64,000 bases of DNA. It comes from Reclinomonas americana ATCC 50394. Lineage: Eukaryota. The stretch spans positions 744,001 through 808,000 of the forward strand of contig PS015010.1 of assembly GCA_048213135.1 (NCBI GenBank). Reading direction: 5' to 3'. Made by a program: the position numbers and the translations under genes. The notes below the pieces were generated by a model. That model was not told the DNA's origin. It did no database searches and saw nothing but the letters and a program-made list of their open reading frames with translations. Numbering within the stretch: position 1 is the first letter of the stretch; each line of letters begins with the position of its first letter. Positions 18,770 through 28,654 of this stretch are shown here, one piece after another.

Positions 18770-18854
18770 AATTACGAATGACAAATTACGAATTACGGAT
18801 GCGTCTGCCAAAGGAGACTTGTACCGCTGGTCGGGAGACCAGGCGGTGGCGTTC
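18770..18854 (-). repeat. REP-like hairpin (18821-18854), linker and TTCGTAA heptamer tract
   Basis: Minus strand reads GAACGCCACCGCCTGGTCTCCCGACCAGCGGTAC AAGTCTCCTTTGGCAGACGCATCC GTAATTCGTAATTTGTCATTCGTAATT. Confidence 0.85.
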
Positions 18855-18920
18855 AAAGAAAGAACAGGCTGTTTCCTGCAGCCGGGTCTTACTTGCTACT
18901 TGATACTTTATACCTGCGAC

Positions 18921-20018
18921 TCAGACATTGAACCTGAAATGCATCACATCGCCATCCTGCACCAGGTATTCTTTACCTTCTATGCGCAGTTTACCGTTTT
19001 CGCGGCAGGCGGCTTCTGATTTGTAGGTGATGAAATCGTTGTAAGCGATTACTTCGGCTTTGATGAAACCTTTCTCAAAATCGGTATGAATAACACTGGC
19101 AGCCTGGGGAGCTTTCCAGCCTTTGCCGATCGTCCAGGCCCTTACTTCCTGCACACCGGCAGTGAAGTAGGTATTCAGGTTAAGGAGTTTATAAGTAGAA
19201 TGTATAAGACGGTCCAGCGCGGGTTCGGTCATTTTATATTCTTCCATGAACATGGCCTTGTCATCCGGGTCTTCAAATTCGGCGATCTGCGCTTCAATAG
19301 CGTTGGTCATCACAATCACTTCATTGCCTTCGTTCTTTACGGCTTCAATAAGTGCCGCGGAAAACTTGTTGCCGGTATGCATGCTGGCCTCATCTACGTT
19401 GGCTACGTACAGAATATGTTTATCACTGAGCAGGAAGAGGTCGGCAATGGCTACTTTTTCCTCTTTGGTCAGTCCGAGGGAAATGATATTCTTACCCTGG
19501 TTCAGGTGATCCTTACAACGCAGCAGTACTTCCAGTTCGGCTTTCATTTTGGGATCTGTTTTGGCCATTTTTTCCGTACGCTGAATTTTCTTTTCTACGC
19601 TTTCCAGGTCTTTCAGCTGCAGTTCGGTTTCAATGATCTCTTTATCACCAACAGGGTTGATGGGGCCTTCTTCGCGGAGGATATTCTCATCTTCAAAACA
19701 ACGGATCACATGAATGATGGCATCCACTTCACGGATATTGGCCAGGAACTTATTACCCAGTCCTTCACCTTTACTGGCGCCGCGTACAAGGCCGGCAATG
19801 TCCACGATCTCGATCTGGGTAGGAACGATACGTTCGGGGTTCACCAGTTCCGACAGGGCATTCAACCGTTGATCGGGCACGTTGACCAGTCCTACGTTGG
19901 GTTCAATGGTACAGAACCGGTAATTGCTGGCCTGTGCCTTGGCGCTGTTGCTCACGGCGTTGAATAATGTTGATTTTCCTACGTTTGGAAGTCCTACGAT
20001 GCCTGCTTGTAAAGCCAT
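18921..20018 (-). CDS. ychF: Redox-regulated ribosome-binding ATPase YchF
   Basis: [37 protein letters not shown] and [11 protein letters not shown] motifs. Confidence 0.97.
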   Translation of the reverse strand: MALQAGIVGLPNVGKSTLFNAVSNSAKAQASNYRFCTIEPNVGLVNVPDQRLNALSELVNPERIVPTQIEIVDIAGLVRGASKGEGLGNKFLANIREVDAIIHVIRCFEDENILREEGPINPVGDKEIIETELQLKDLESVEKKIQRTEKMAKTDPKMKAELEVLLRCKDHLNQGKNIISLGLTKEEKVAIADLFLLSDKHILYVANVDEASMHTGNKFSAALIEAVKNEGNEVIVMTNAIEAQIAEFEDPDDKAMFMEEYKMTEPALDRLIHSTYKLLNLNTYFTAGVQEVRAWTIGKGWKAPQAASVIHTDFEKGFIKAEVIAYNDFITYKSEAACRENGKLRIEGKEYLVQDGDVMHFRFNV

Positions 20019-20040
20019 GGATGATGTGTTTTTTCGGGCG

Positions 20041-20048
20041 CAAAGGTA
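20041..20048 (-). promoter_or_regulatory. Bacteroidota -7 promoter box for ychF
   Basis: TACCTTTG (TAnnTTTG) 22 nt upstream of the ATG. Confidence 0.65.
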
Positions 20049-20061
20049 CGTTTGAAATTCG

Positions 20062-20446
20062 ACAATTGGCTAATTTGATAATTCGATAATTTGTAATGTG
20101 TAAATGTGCGAATATGCGGATGAACGCCATCGCATGGTCACCCGACCAGCGATGCAAGTCATCTTACGGATGTGCAGATGAGAGGATGTGTGCATATGCG
20201 GATGTGCGGATGGGGAGAATGTGCAAATATGCAGATGAGTGGATGAGGAGATTTGAAGATGGACGCCGTTGCGTGGTCTCCCGGCCAGTGATATTTACTC
20301 TCTTTGGTGAAGAACGCCATCGCCTTGTCTCCTGACCAGCAATATTTACTCTCTTTGGTGAAGAACGCCATCGCCTGGTCTCCCGACCAGCGATACAGGC
20401 TCCCTTTGTGAAGGCATTCGTAATTAGTAATTCGTAATTAATAATT
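20062..20446 (+). repeat. Composite repeat cluster: 8-mer tracts, four REP-like hairpins (20122, 20261, 20312, 20363) and a heptamer tract
   Basis: The last three REPs repeat with a 51-bp period and an identical linker ATATTTACTCTCTTTGGTGAA. The cluster ends in GGCATTCGTAATTAGTAATTCGTAATT. Confidence 0.9.
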
Positions 20447-20487
20447 ATTGCTTTATCTTAACCTCACAAACCAACACTTATAAAACC

Positions 20488-21888
20488 ATGGCATTAAGCA
20501 GGATATGGAGCGCTTTTATCATCGTGGCGGTACTGGCGGCCCTGTATGCCTGTCTTGCCCGTCCAGATGGGAAGACCATTTTCAACCGCATGGTAACCGG
20601 CAAGGCGGGAGACACATCTTATACCGTACAATACGACAGCGGTACGGTACCGCAGACACTCACTACGGTATTGGGTGATAAGGACAGTTATAAAAAAGGG
20701 GAGCAGCGTGTTGTTCGCCAGGCCGATGGCAAAGTTGTGCAGTTCAGGGAGCAGGGGGCAGACGGTATCATCGAAACCTGTAAAACAGCGGTAAATCTAT
20801 GTATCGGTCTCATTGGAATTATGGCCCTGTTCATGGGTTTTATGTCCATCGCCGAAAGAGCGGGTGGTATACGGGTATTATCGAGGATCATCGGGCCTTT
20901 CTTTTCCAAAATATTTCCCGACCTGCCCAAGGGACACCCTGCTATGGGACATATGATGATGAATTTTTCCGCTAACCTTTTAGGGCTTGACAATGCCGCA
21001 ACACCTTTCGGCATCAAGGCTATGGAAAGCCTGCAGGAGATCAACCCCGACAAAAGCCGGGCTTCCAATTCACAGATCATGTTCCTTTGCCTGCATGCTT
21101 CTGGTTTAACGCTGATACCGGTTGCCATCATCGCTTTGCGGGCTTCTACCAAAGCTGCCAATCCTACAGATATTTTTATCCCGTGTATGATCGCCACTTT
21201 TGTGGCTACCATGGCGGCCATGTTTATCGTTTCCTTCAAACAGAAGATCAATATTTTCAAACCGGTGATCATGGCCTGGGTGCTGGGTATATCGGCAGTG
21301 ATCGCATTGCTGGTGCTGTATATTAAATCGCTGGATACGGCGGAGGTACAGTCCTTTTCGGGGCTGCTCAGCAACGGGCTTATCCTGCTCATCCTTTTAC
21401 TGATCGTATTAGGCGGATTGTATAAACGTATCGATATTTTCGACGCGTTTATCGACGGTGCCAAAGGAGGTTTTGAAACGGCGGTGCGCATCATCCCTTA
21501 CCTGGTAGGCATGCTCGTAGCCATCAGCCTGCTGCGCAACAGCGGAGTGTTCGATCTGCTGATTGATGGTATGAAAACTCTTTTTGCCGCTATGGGAGCC
21601 GATACGCGTTTTGTTGATGGTTTACCTACCGCTATCATTAAACCCTTCAGTGGCGGCGGTGCCCGGGGGATGATGGTGGACACTATGAAAACATTCGGGG
21701 CCGATTCTTTTGCCGGCAGATTGAGTTGTGTGCTCCAAGGTTCGTCTGACACTACCTTCTACGTAATTGCCGTTTATTTCGGCGCGGTATCGGTAAAGAA
21801 CACCCGCTACGCGGTGGGTGCCATGCTGCTGGCCGACCTGGTAGGCATCATTACATCGATATTGTTGTGTTACCTGTTCTTCGGGTAG
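20488..21888 (+). CDS. Fused SpmA/SpmB-like nucleoside-recognition (Gate) domain membrane protein
   Basis: SANLLGLDNAATPFGIKAM, FIDGAKGGF and SSDTTFYVIAVYFG motifs. Confidence 0.9.
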   Translation: MALSRIWSAFIIVAVLAALYACLARPDGKTIFNRMVTGKAGDTSYTVQYDSGTVPQTLTTVLGDKDSYKKGEQRVVRQADGKVVQFREQGADGIIETCKTAVNLCIGLIGIMALFMGFMSIAERAGGIRVLSRIIGPFFSKIFPDLPKGHPAMGHMMMNFSANLLGLDNAATPFGIKAMESLQEINPDKSRASNSQIMFLCLHASGLTLIPVAIIALRASTKAANPTDIFIPCMIATFVATMAAMFIVSFKQKINIFKPVIMAWVLGISAVIALLVLYIKSLDTAEVQSFSGLLSNGLILLILLLIVLGGLYKRIDIFDAFIDGAKGGFETAVRIIPYLVGMLVAISLLRNSGVFDLLIDGMKTLFAAMGADTRFVDGLPTAIIKPFSGGGARGMMVDTMKTFGADSFAGRLSCVLQGSSDTTFYVIAVYFGAVSVKNTRYAVGAMLLADLVGIITSILLCYLFFG

Positions 21889-21913
21889 TATTTAATATTC
21901 CTTTATTTCATTA

Positions 21914-21937
21914 AGATCCCTCACTTTGTTCGGGACA
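21914..21937 (-). repeat. Dispersed TGTCCYGARCNNAGYGARGGATCT-type half repeat
   Basis: Reverse complement TGTCCCGAACAAAGTGAGGGATCT resembles 39631-39654, 39744-39767 and 56853-56876. Confidence 0.6.
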
Positions 21938-21938
21938 T

Positions 21939-21967
21939 AAAAAAGGACTGCTCAGAGGCAGTCCTTT
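21939..21967. terminator. Terminator between convergent genes
   Basis: AAAGGACTGC TCAGAG GCAGTCCTTT. Confidence 0.8.
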
Positions 21968-21988
21968 GTATTTGGAAACAGAGATAGT

Positions 21989-22771
21989 CTATCGGTTAAG
22001 GAAGGAAGTGAGGTTACGTAACCTGGTTCCTGTGCCGGTGGTGGTACCTCTTGCATACACCGTGTACACCCTTTCTGTAGAAGGGTTCCAGGTGAGAATG
22101 CTGGAGATGACCGTTGTAGAGCCGGGTTTCCTTAATTGCAGGGTATCGTTCCTTCTCAGCAGGGGCAGTTCCACCCAATCGGAAGCAAACTTGAAGCGGG
22201 TGCCGGGCATTACCACGGTGTTCAGCGCTTTGGAGAATACTTCCAGCGTGTCGGTGCCTGCGCTCAGGTTCACAAACCGCATTTTGTAATAATTGGATTT
22301 GGCAGAAGTTATCGATTCCCCGAAAGGCAGCACAATAGGGCTGTACGGAGTAGGATTAGGGAAAGTATCTACCAGGTAAAGGGTGGTATAACTTCCTGCT
22401 GCCAGGTTGAGGTCTGACCGGTAAATGGTATCGCTGGGCAGACTGCCACCGGTACGGTTGATCACCATCTTCACGTTTACGCTCAGTCCGTACGGCACCG
22501 CTGCATAAGCGGCGGGTACAGGGAACATCGCGGTATAGCCGATGGGTACATTATTGATCTTGGCATTGTTAACGTATACGTCAACAGAAGGCCCGGCCGC
22601 AGGTGTCGCTGAAGAAGGTGTAAGCGAAGTGTAGGCATGCACGACTTTGATGAACGCCTTATCCGTAACGCCCGTCTCCTGGATGATCTCCCGCCTGTCT
22701 GACTTGTCACAGGATGACAGGCCAAGGATGGCTGCTGCGGAAAGTATGCTTATGGAAAATAATTGCTTCAT
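21989..22771 (-). CDS. DUF4397-like lipoprotein (PUL accessory)
   Basis: Lipobox LSSC, IKVVHA...VDVYVN and MRFVNLS motifs. Downstream of SusD. Confidence 0.75.
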   Translation of the reverse strand: MKQLFSISILSAAAILGLSSCDKSDRREIIQETGVTDKAFIKVVHAYTSLTPSSATPAAGPSVDVYVNNAKINNVPIGYTAMFPVPAAYAAVPYGLSVNVKMVINRTGGSLPSDTIYRSDLNLAAGSYTTLYLVDTFPNPTPYSPIVLPFGESITSAKSNYYKMRFVNLSAGTDTLEVFSKALNTVVMPGTRFKFASDWVELPLLRRNDTLQLRKPGSTTVISSILTWNPSTERVYTVYARGTTTGTGTRLRNLTSFLNR

Positions 22772-22792
22772 GTTGTTCTTTTTTGATAATGA

Positions 22793-24430
22793 TTAAGGTT
22801 CGGTAAACCATTGTTTTTTGGTATGGTAATCGAGATCCAGTGCACCCAGTTGCTGCAACGCGTCGGCATTGTACAATATTTCTGAATTGTACCTCGGCCT
22901 TACGCGGTAGATGAGTTTACCATTGTTATTGGCAAACAGGTCAGCTCCGCTGGGTGGCAGGAAATCGGTGTATACCTGGCGGGTGGTAGACGCTTCCACG
23001 TCTACATAATGATATCTTCTCATATCCGCCCATGTTTCCATGAAGCCGAAACCATACATGGCAATGTATTTCTGCAGCATGATGTGTGTCAGGTTCAGGT
23101 TAGCTGCAGTTGGCACTACCAGCGGGTTCAGCATATAGTTATCGCGGATGGTGGTAGTGAGTACATTGGGAGCAGGTACCGAAGCGCTGTAATCATTCAT
23201 CAGCATATCAAAGTTGAGGCGGATGCCGTCTTTGTAGGCATTGAGTGCATTGGTTTTGTCGCCCTTCCTGTAATAGGCTTCCGCTTTCAGGAACTGCATT
23301 TCGCTGGCAGTAACTATCGGCCAGGGCATGGCATCTTTAAATACATAGCGTGCTGCTGAGTTGCTGCCAGTGGTACTGGAACCTGTACCACCCCAGAAAT
23401 TCTGCGGCAGATCGTTGGTGGATAAACCATCATTCAAACCCTTGGCAGGCCTGATGCCTTTGAAGGTACCATTGGCATTTTCGCGGATGATGTACCAGGC
23501 ACGAGGATCGACAATACCGGTTGGTATGCCGGTGTTGAGCCCCGACATCAGGTCAGCGATAAAACGGCTCTGGCGGAAGCTGCCGATATTACCCCTGAAC
23601 GGACCGTAGTAACTGTCGGTAGAAGTTCCCAGGCCCTGCCAGAGAAGATTCACGTTATCAGAATTGGAGTTAACGGAAAGATTGGCATAGTAAATAACTG
23701 AATCGGGCTGGTAGTCTGATTTGTTGGTAGTACGGTGGAAGATACGGGCCATGGTGGCATAAGTAAACTTCTTCCATTTTTCCACATCGCCTTTACAGGT
23801 AATGTAGGCAGCGCCCTTTTCCAGGTTGGTGGCGCTTACACTGTCACCGGTTTTGCTCAGGTATTCTATAGCAAGACGGCAGCACCTTTTGGCCTCATCG
23901 TAGGCGTCTTTCTGTGTATCATAATCAAATACCAGCAGGGTAGGATCGAAAGCATCTTTTACGATCACTTCACCATGCATATCGGTAATACCCAGCCAAC
24001 CAAGTGCACGGATGGCGTAAGCAACACCTACATAATCCCATTTCTTTTGTTCGCTGCCCCATTCAATGATGCGGTTCAGGTTTTGTCCCTGTCCATAATA
24101 ATGAGAGGCCCATTGCGCACCGCCGATATCGGCCGCAGCCGCGGTACTGTTGGTGGTGGTCTGGCCCATCATATCATACTGGTTGGCGGCAGTATTGGTT
24201 ACCCAGAACTGTATATAGCGGCCTACATACTGTCCATCATTCTGGGGACCGTAGTTGGTACCATTGGCAGTATAACTTACCGCCATGTTGGAGATCACAT
24301 TGGGCAGCAACGTTTCAATGGGCTGCTTTACCAATGCGTTCGGGTTGGCATAGGCATCGTCGATCTTCTTGCTGCAGGAAGCCAGCGCAAAAAGAGAAAG
24401 TGCCGGTATGATTAAATATTTCTTTTTCAT
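22793..24430 (-). CDS. SusD/RagB family lipoprotein
   Basis: Lipobox LASC, EMQFLKAEA and IMLQKYIAMYG...ETWADMRR. Follows SusC. Confidence 0.92.
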   Translation of the reverse strand: MKKKYLIIPALSLFALASCSKKIDDAYANPNALVKQPIETLLPNVISNMAVSYTANGTNYGPQNDGQYVGRYIQFWVTNTAANQYDMMGQTTTNSTAAAADIGGAQWASHYYGQGQNLNRIIEWGSEQKKWDYVGVAYAIRALGWLGITDMHGEVIVKDAFDPTLLVFDYDTQKDAYDEAKRCCRLAIEYLSKTGDSVSATNLEKGAAYITCKGDVEKWKKFTYATMARIFHRTTNKSDYQPDSVIYYANLSVNSNSDNVNLLWQGLGTSTDSYYGPFRGNIGSFRQSRFIADLMSGLNTGIPTGIVDPRAWYIIRENANGTFKGIRPAKGLNDGLSTNDLPQNFWGGTGSSTTGSNSAARYVFKDAMPWPIVTASEMQFLKAEAYYRKGDKTNALNAYKDGIRLNFDMLMNDYSASVPAPNVLTTTIRDNYMLNPLVVPTAANLNLTHIMLQKYIAMYGFGFMETWADMRRYHYVDVEASTTRQVYTDFLPPSGADLFANNNGKLIYRVRPRYNSEILYNADALQQLGALDLDYHTKKQWFTEP

Positions 24431-24451
24431 TGTATGAATATTTTATGCAGT

Positions 24452-27400
24452 TTAGAATGAAGCCCTGATACCAAAGTTAAGACTGAGCTGTGCCGGTAAA
24501 GTACCATAGTCGAAACCAAAAGTACCTACACCGCGTGTGCCGGCAGTGTTGGCATTAACGGCAGGGTCAGCTCCGGAATAATTGGTGAACAGCAGTACAT
24601 CGTTGGCTGTGAAGAAAGCACCAATGCTTTTCAAACCTTTGATCCTGCGTATGGCTTTGGCAGGGAAGGTGTAGCTCAGTGTAATATCCCTCAGCCTGAA
24701 CCAGTTCACATCCTTTTCAATAAATTCTTCTTCAGGCAGCAGCCTGTAGTAGTTATCATTATAATAAGGAATGATACTGATGGTATTTACTGTGGGGTTG
24801 GCTGTGTTTTCCAGGCCATCCTGTAATACGCCCTGTACTACGCGGGGTACCATCCTGTCGGCAGTCATTTTACTCCTGCCAATGGTAGTCAGGTACTGCT
24901 CGTTACCATTGAAGATATCACCGCCCATTTTCAGGTCCCAGAGGAAACTGAGTTTCCAGTTCTTGTAATTGATGGTATTGCTCCAGCCAATAGTGAAATC
25001 AGGGTTCCTGTCGCCGCGGATCCTTTGGTTGGCGTCGATTACTGGCAGACCTGTTGTTGGGTTCACCAGGATATCGCCTTTGGTGTTGCGGGCATAACCA
25101 TAACCGGAGATGGAAGTCGTAGTACCGTTCAGCACGATACCGCCTGCTGCTGTACCGAATACGTTACCATCTGCAAGGTAGTAGAGGGTAACATTCTTTG
25201 GCATTTTCACCACTTTGTTCCACATCCTGTTGAAGTTGATGCGGGAATTCCAGGTGAGGTTCTTCTTTTTAATGATGGTCGCATCCAGTGCAATCTCCAC
25301 GCCCTGGTTGCGGGTACCGCCTGCATTCTGCGAGTTCAGTACAAAACCGGTGGCATAGCTCAAACGGAAGTTCTCAATGATCTGGTTATCGGTAAGTGTA
25401 TTGTAATAAGTACCCTCAATATTCAACCTGCTTTTCAGGAAACGCATTTCCGTACCCACTTCAAATGTGTTCTGTTTTTCCGGCAGCAGTTCGGGGTTGT
25501 TATTAGTGAATCCATAAGAATAACCACCACCACTGGAGAGGTTATTGGTAAAGATGGATTGTGTTGAATAAGGAGAGTTCAACCTTGCCGTAGAGGCGAT
25601 TGAACCACGTACCTTCATGTAATTGAGTATGTTTCCTCTTTTAAGTACAGGAAGAAGATCGGTAAGGATCACACTCACACTTGCACCGGGATAGTTGAAC
25701 TTCCTGTTTTGTTTAGGCAGTGTGGACGCTTCTTCAAAACGATGGGTATAGTTCAGGAAGATCATGTTTTTCCAGTTAATGGCGATCTCACCGAAATAAG
25801 CAAACTGGCGGATGATGGATTGGTTGTACTCGCCAAACACGTTCCTCAGCAAACGCTGACGTGTACTGGCTTTGGTAGCATTGCTGTCATAAGCTGCAGG
25901 CAGGTTGTTGTACGTTTCGTTGGTCAGCGGGGCGCCGTTCTTCCACATCCTTCCGTTTACGATAGAGTCAACAATGCTGGTGCCGGATACCGCGTACATT
26001 TCTGTTTTGTAATCCTGCCACATGGTTCCCACCATCAAACGGGCGTTGAAGTTTTTGAAGAAAGTGCGTTTAGCCGTTGCTGTGATGGTATGGTTATAAC
26101 CTTCATACCTTCTCCAGAAATTATCCTGGATACCACCCTGTGCCGCTGAAACATAATAGGAGAGCGGGTGATAACGCAGGTAGCTTTCTGTTTTGTAAGT
26201 TTCATAGCCAAACCTTCCGCTGATGGTGATCCAGGAAGTAGGCATGATGTTTATACCCATTGACGTGTTGTAACGCAAGGTTTTCTCCCTGCTCTTGTTG
26301 TTGTTCACGTTAAACAGCGGGTTGTCGAAATCGAGGTTGTTGGCGTTGGCATTGAACAGGCCCACTTTGGTGGCATTGTCGCCCTGTGTGGCGGCAATAC
26401 TAACCGTTGACGGCCATGCCAGCAATCCCAGCATGAAACCACCGGCACTGCGAAGCACTTTGTTGTTCTCTGTATTGGTAAAGCCAATAGCGGGAGATAT
26501 TTCGAGGAACTTCCCAAATTTGGTGGTGTTCGATAATTTAACGGTGAACCTGCTGTAGTTGTTGTTCGGGATCACACCGTCCTGGTCAAAGTAAGAAGCA
26601 GATGCCCTGAAGATGGATTTCTTAAAACCGAAGTCCACACCCAGGTTATGGGTCTGTGCAAAACCGGTCTTAAAGAACAGGTCTTTATTATTGTATTTTA
26701 CTACGTTCGGGTCATAAGCAGGGCCGAAATAACGGAACACACTGCCATTATCACCGTTCGTACCTGTAGTATAGCCGTCGAATATTTCAGGGAAACGGGT
26801 TACTTTCTGTATCCTGAAACTGTTGTCGTATTGTATACCCAGTTTATTGGTTTTGGCCTTGCGTGTAGTGATGATGATGGCGCCGGAGCTGGCCTGGCTG
26901 CCGTAAAGGGCAGTGGCTTCCGGTCCTTTCAATACGGTATAGCTTTCAATATCATTCGGGTTGATATCCGAAATACGGTTGTTGTAATCGGAGTTGCGGT
27001 TGGCGGTATTGGTGAGGCCTGCGCCGCGTTCCACCATGCCAACGCCCGAGCCGCCATTGGAGTTCTCGTCGAGGGTTTGGTTATCCACGATAACGCCATC
27101 GATCACAAACAGGGGCTGGTTACTCAAAGAAAGCGAGTTAAAGCCGCGAAGTACGATGCTGGAGGATGCGCCCGGGTTGCCCGAGGTAGAGGTGACGGTA
27201 GCACCGGCAACACGTCCCTGCAGACTGTTCAGGAAGTTATCGCGTTGTGTTTCCTGTACTTCCTTACCGTCTACTTTCTGAACGGAATAACCCAGTTCCC
27301 GCGGATTACGCTTGATGTCCATGGCGGTTACCACCACTTCATCCAGTTTGCCGTCGGAGGATAACAGTTTTACCGATACCGCAGCATTCTCTTTCACTTT

Positions 27401-27646
27401 TACCTGCTGGGTAATGTAGTTGATGGAAGATACCACCAGTACATCGCCTTTGGCGGCGGTGATGGTGAAGTTACCGTTGGCATCTGTTTTAGTGCCGGTG
27501 TTCTTGCCCCGCACGACCACCGAAGCCCCTTCTACGGGCGCCCCGTTCTCCCCGGTGATCTTACCGGAAACGGTGGTTTGTGCACTGGCAGCGAACGGCA
27601 GCAATAAGAACAACAATACCGTTAGGTGAGTTGCAAGTCTTCTCAT
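24452..27646 (-). CDS. SusC/RagA family TonB-linked outer membrane protein
   Basis: LDEVVVTA, LQGRVAG, PLFVIDG, DINPNDIES.TVLKGPEATALYGS, and C-terminal F. Confidence 0.96.
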   Translation of the reverse strand: MRRLATHLTVLLFLLLPFAASAQTTVSGKITGENGAPVEGASVVVRGKNTGTKTDANGNFTITAAKGDVLVVSSINYITQQVKVKENAAVSVKLLSSDGKLDEVVVTAMDIKRNPRELGYSVQKVDGKEVQETQRDNFLNSLQGRVAGATVTSTSGNPGASSSIVLRGFNSLSLSNQPLFVIDGVIVDNQTLDENSNGGSGVGMVERGAGLTNTANRNSDYNNRISDINPNDIESYTVLKGPEATALYGSQASSGAIIITTRKAKTNKLGIQYDNSFRIQKVTRFPEIFDGYTTGTNGDNGSVFRYFGPAYDPNVVKYNNKDLFFKTGFAQTHNLGVDFGFKKSIFRASASYFDQDGVIPNNNYSRFTVKLSNTTKFGKFLEISPAIGFTNTENNKVLRSAGGFMLGLLAWPSTVSIAATQGDNATKVGLFNANANNLDFDNPLFNVNNNKSREKTLRYNTSMGINIMPTSWITISGRFGYETYKTESYLRYHPLSYYVSAAQGGIQDNFWRRYEGYNHTITATAKRTFFKNFNARLMVGTMWQDYKTEMYAVSGTSIVDSIVNGRMWKNGAPLTNETYNNLPAAYDSNATKASTRQRLLRNVFGEYNQSIIRQFAYFGEIAINWKNMIFLNYTHRFEEASTLPKQNRKFNYPGASVSVILTDLLPVLKRGNILNYMKVRGSIASTARLNSPYSTQSIFTNNLSSGGGYSYGFTNNNPELLPEKQNTFEVGTEMRFLKSRLNIEGTYYNTLTDNQIIENFRLSYATGFVLNSQNAGGTRNQGVEIALDATIIKKKNLTWNSRINFNRMWNKVVKMPKNVTLYYLADGNVFGTAAGGIVLNGTTTSISGYGYARNTKGDILVNPTTGLPVIDANQRIRGDRNPDFTIGWSNTINYKNWKLSFLWDLKMGGDIFNGNEQYLTTIGRSKMTADRMVPRVVQGVLQDGLENTANPTVNTISIIPYYNDNYYRLLPEEEFIEKDVNWFRLRDITLSYTFPAKAIRRIKGLKSIGAFFTANDVLLFTNYSGADPAVNANTAGTRGVGTFGFDYGTLPAQLSLNFGIRASF

Positions 27647-27723
27647 GTGATGTGTTTTAAAAGATTTAAGTTTTGGTTCTACGGGTGGTTTTTTACAGGA
27701 ATCTTAATATGTTGGTCAGTTCT

Positions 27724-28473
27724 CTACAGTACGGTAATGCCGGCTTCTATATAAGGTGCCAGCAGCGGATCGCCGGGATCCAGTTCGGTGATCAGTACAT
27801 CAATGTCCTGTATGCCGCATACATGAATGGGCTGCAGGGTATTGATCTTTTCCGAGATCGTCAGGCACACTACTTTCTGCGACGCGGCGATCATGGTCTG
27901 CTTTAATTGTACTACGTCCCAGTCGCTGTCGGTAATACCCTGTTCCATATTCAGCGCGTTGATACCCAAAAAACACAGGTCGGGTTTCAGGCTGCGGATA
28001 CGGGAAAGGGCGTCGGCACCAACGGTGATCTTTGAATTCTTCGACAGTTTATCACCGATCACGATCACGTCGATATTGGGATGATGCATATACTCTACGA
28101 TGGCCGGAATACTCCCCGAAATAAATGTTGCACTGAGCGAACTGGGCAGGGCCCGGGCCAGCTCAATGATGGTGGTACCGCCGCCGGTAAGCACAAACAT
28201 GCCGTCGTGAATCAGTTCTGTGGCTTTCTGCGCAATCGAACTCTTACTGTCCTGGGCGTAAACTTTATTGGATGGGTATCTTATCCTGTCGAATGAGGGC
28301 GATAAAGCACCTCCGTGTACTTTAATGAGTTTGCCGGTTTCCGACAGTTCCTGCAGGTCGCGGCGGATGGTGTCTTCCGATACATTGATGTCACTGCTGA
28401 GCGTGGCAGATAATACCTTATTGTGCAGGTTTACCTGGTGTATAATATAAGCCTGGCGTTCTTTTTTCAGCAT
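27724..28473 (-). CDS. DeoR/GlpR family transcriptional regulator
   Basis: VSEDTIRRDLQEL...KVHGGA HTH followed by a DeoR sensor domain. Likely start MLKKERQ at 28473. Confidence 0.93.
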   Translation of the reverse strand: MLKKERQAYIIHQVNLHNKVLSATLSSDINVSEDTIRRDLQELSETGKLIKVHGGALSPSFDRIRYPSNKVYAQDSKSSIAQKATELIHDGMFVLTGGGTTIIELARALPSSLSATFISGSIPAIVEYMHHPNIDVIVIGDKLSKNSKITVGADALSRIRSLKPDLCFLGINALNMEQGITDSDWDVVQLKQTMIAASQKVVCLTISEKINTLQPIHVCGIQDIDVLITELDPGDPLLAPYIEAGITVL

Positions 28474-28511
28474 AGCAGCAAGTAAGAAAGACGCCAAACT
28501 ACATAAAAGTC

Positions 28512-28569
28512 TGCAAAAACCCGCAAAAAAGACCTGTATTTATTGCACATAGTGTGCAAAAAGCCGCAA
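28512..28569. promoter_or_regulatory. Putative DeoR operator array
   Basis: TGCAAAAASCCGCAA direct repeats at 28512 and 28555, plus the palindrome TTGCACA-TAG-TGTGCAA at 28543-28559. Confidence 0.55.
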
Positions 28570-28654
28570 GATTAATTAGGAATTCCTAATTACGAATGAT
28601 GAAACAGGCTTACCGGCAGGCAGTCGCCCTGTCGGCTGTTATCCATCGTCTTCT

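Noticed and set aside
20261-20396. CRISPR-like array of palindromic repeats
   Set aside because: The linkers are identical and only 17 bp, the repeats are degenerate and dispersed elsewhere, and there are no cas genes. It is a REP-like tandem.
20488-21888. Sporulation gene in a non-sporulating lineage
   Set aside because: Fused SpmA/SpmB-like membrane proteins are common in Bacteroidota, so this is not unusual.
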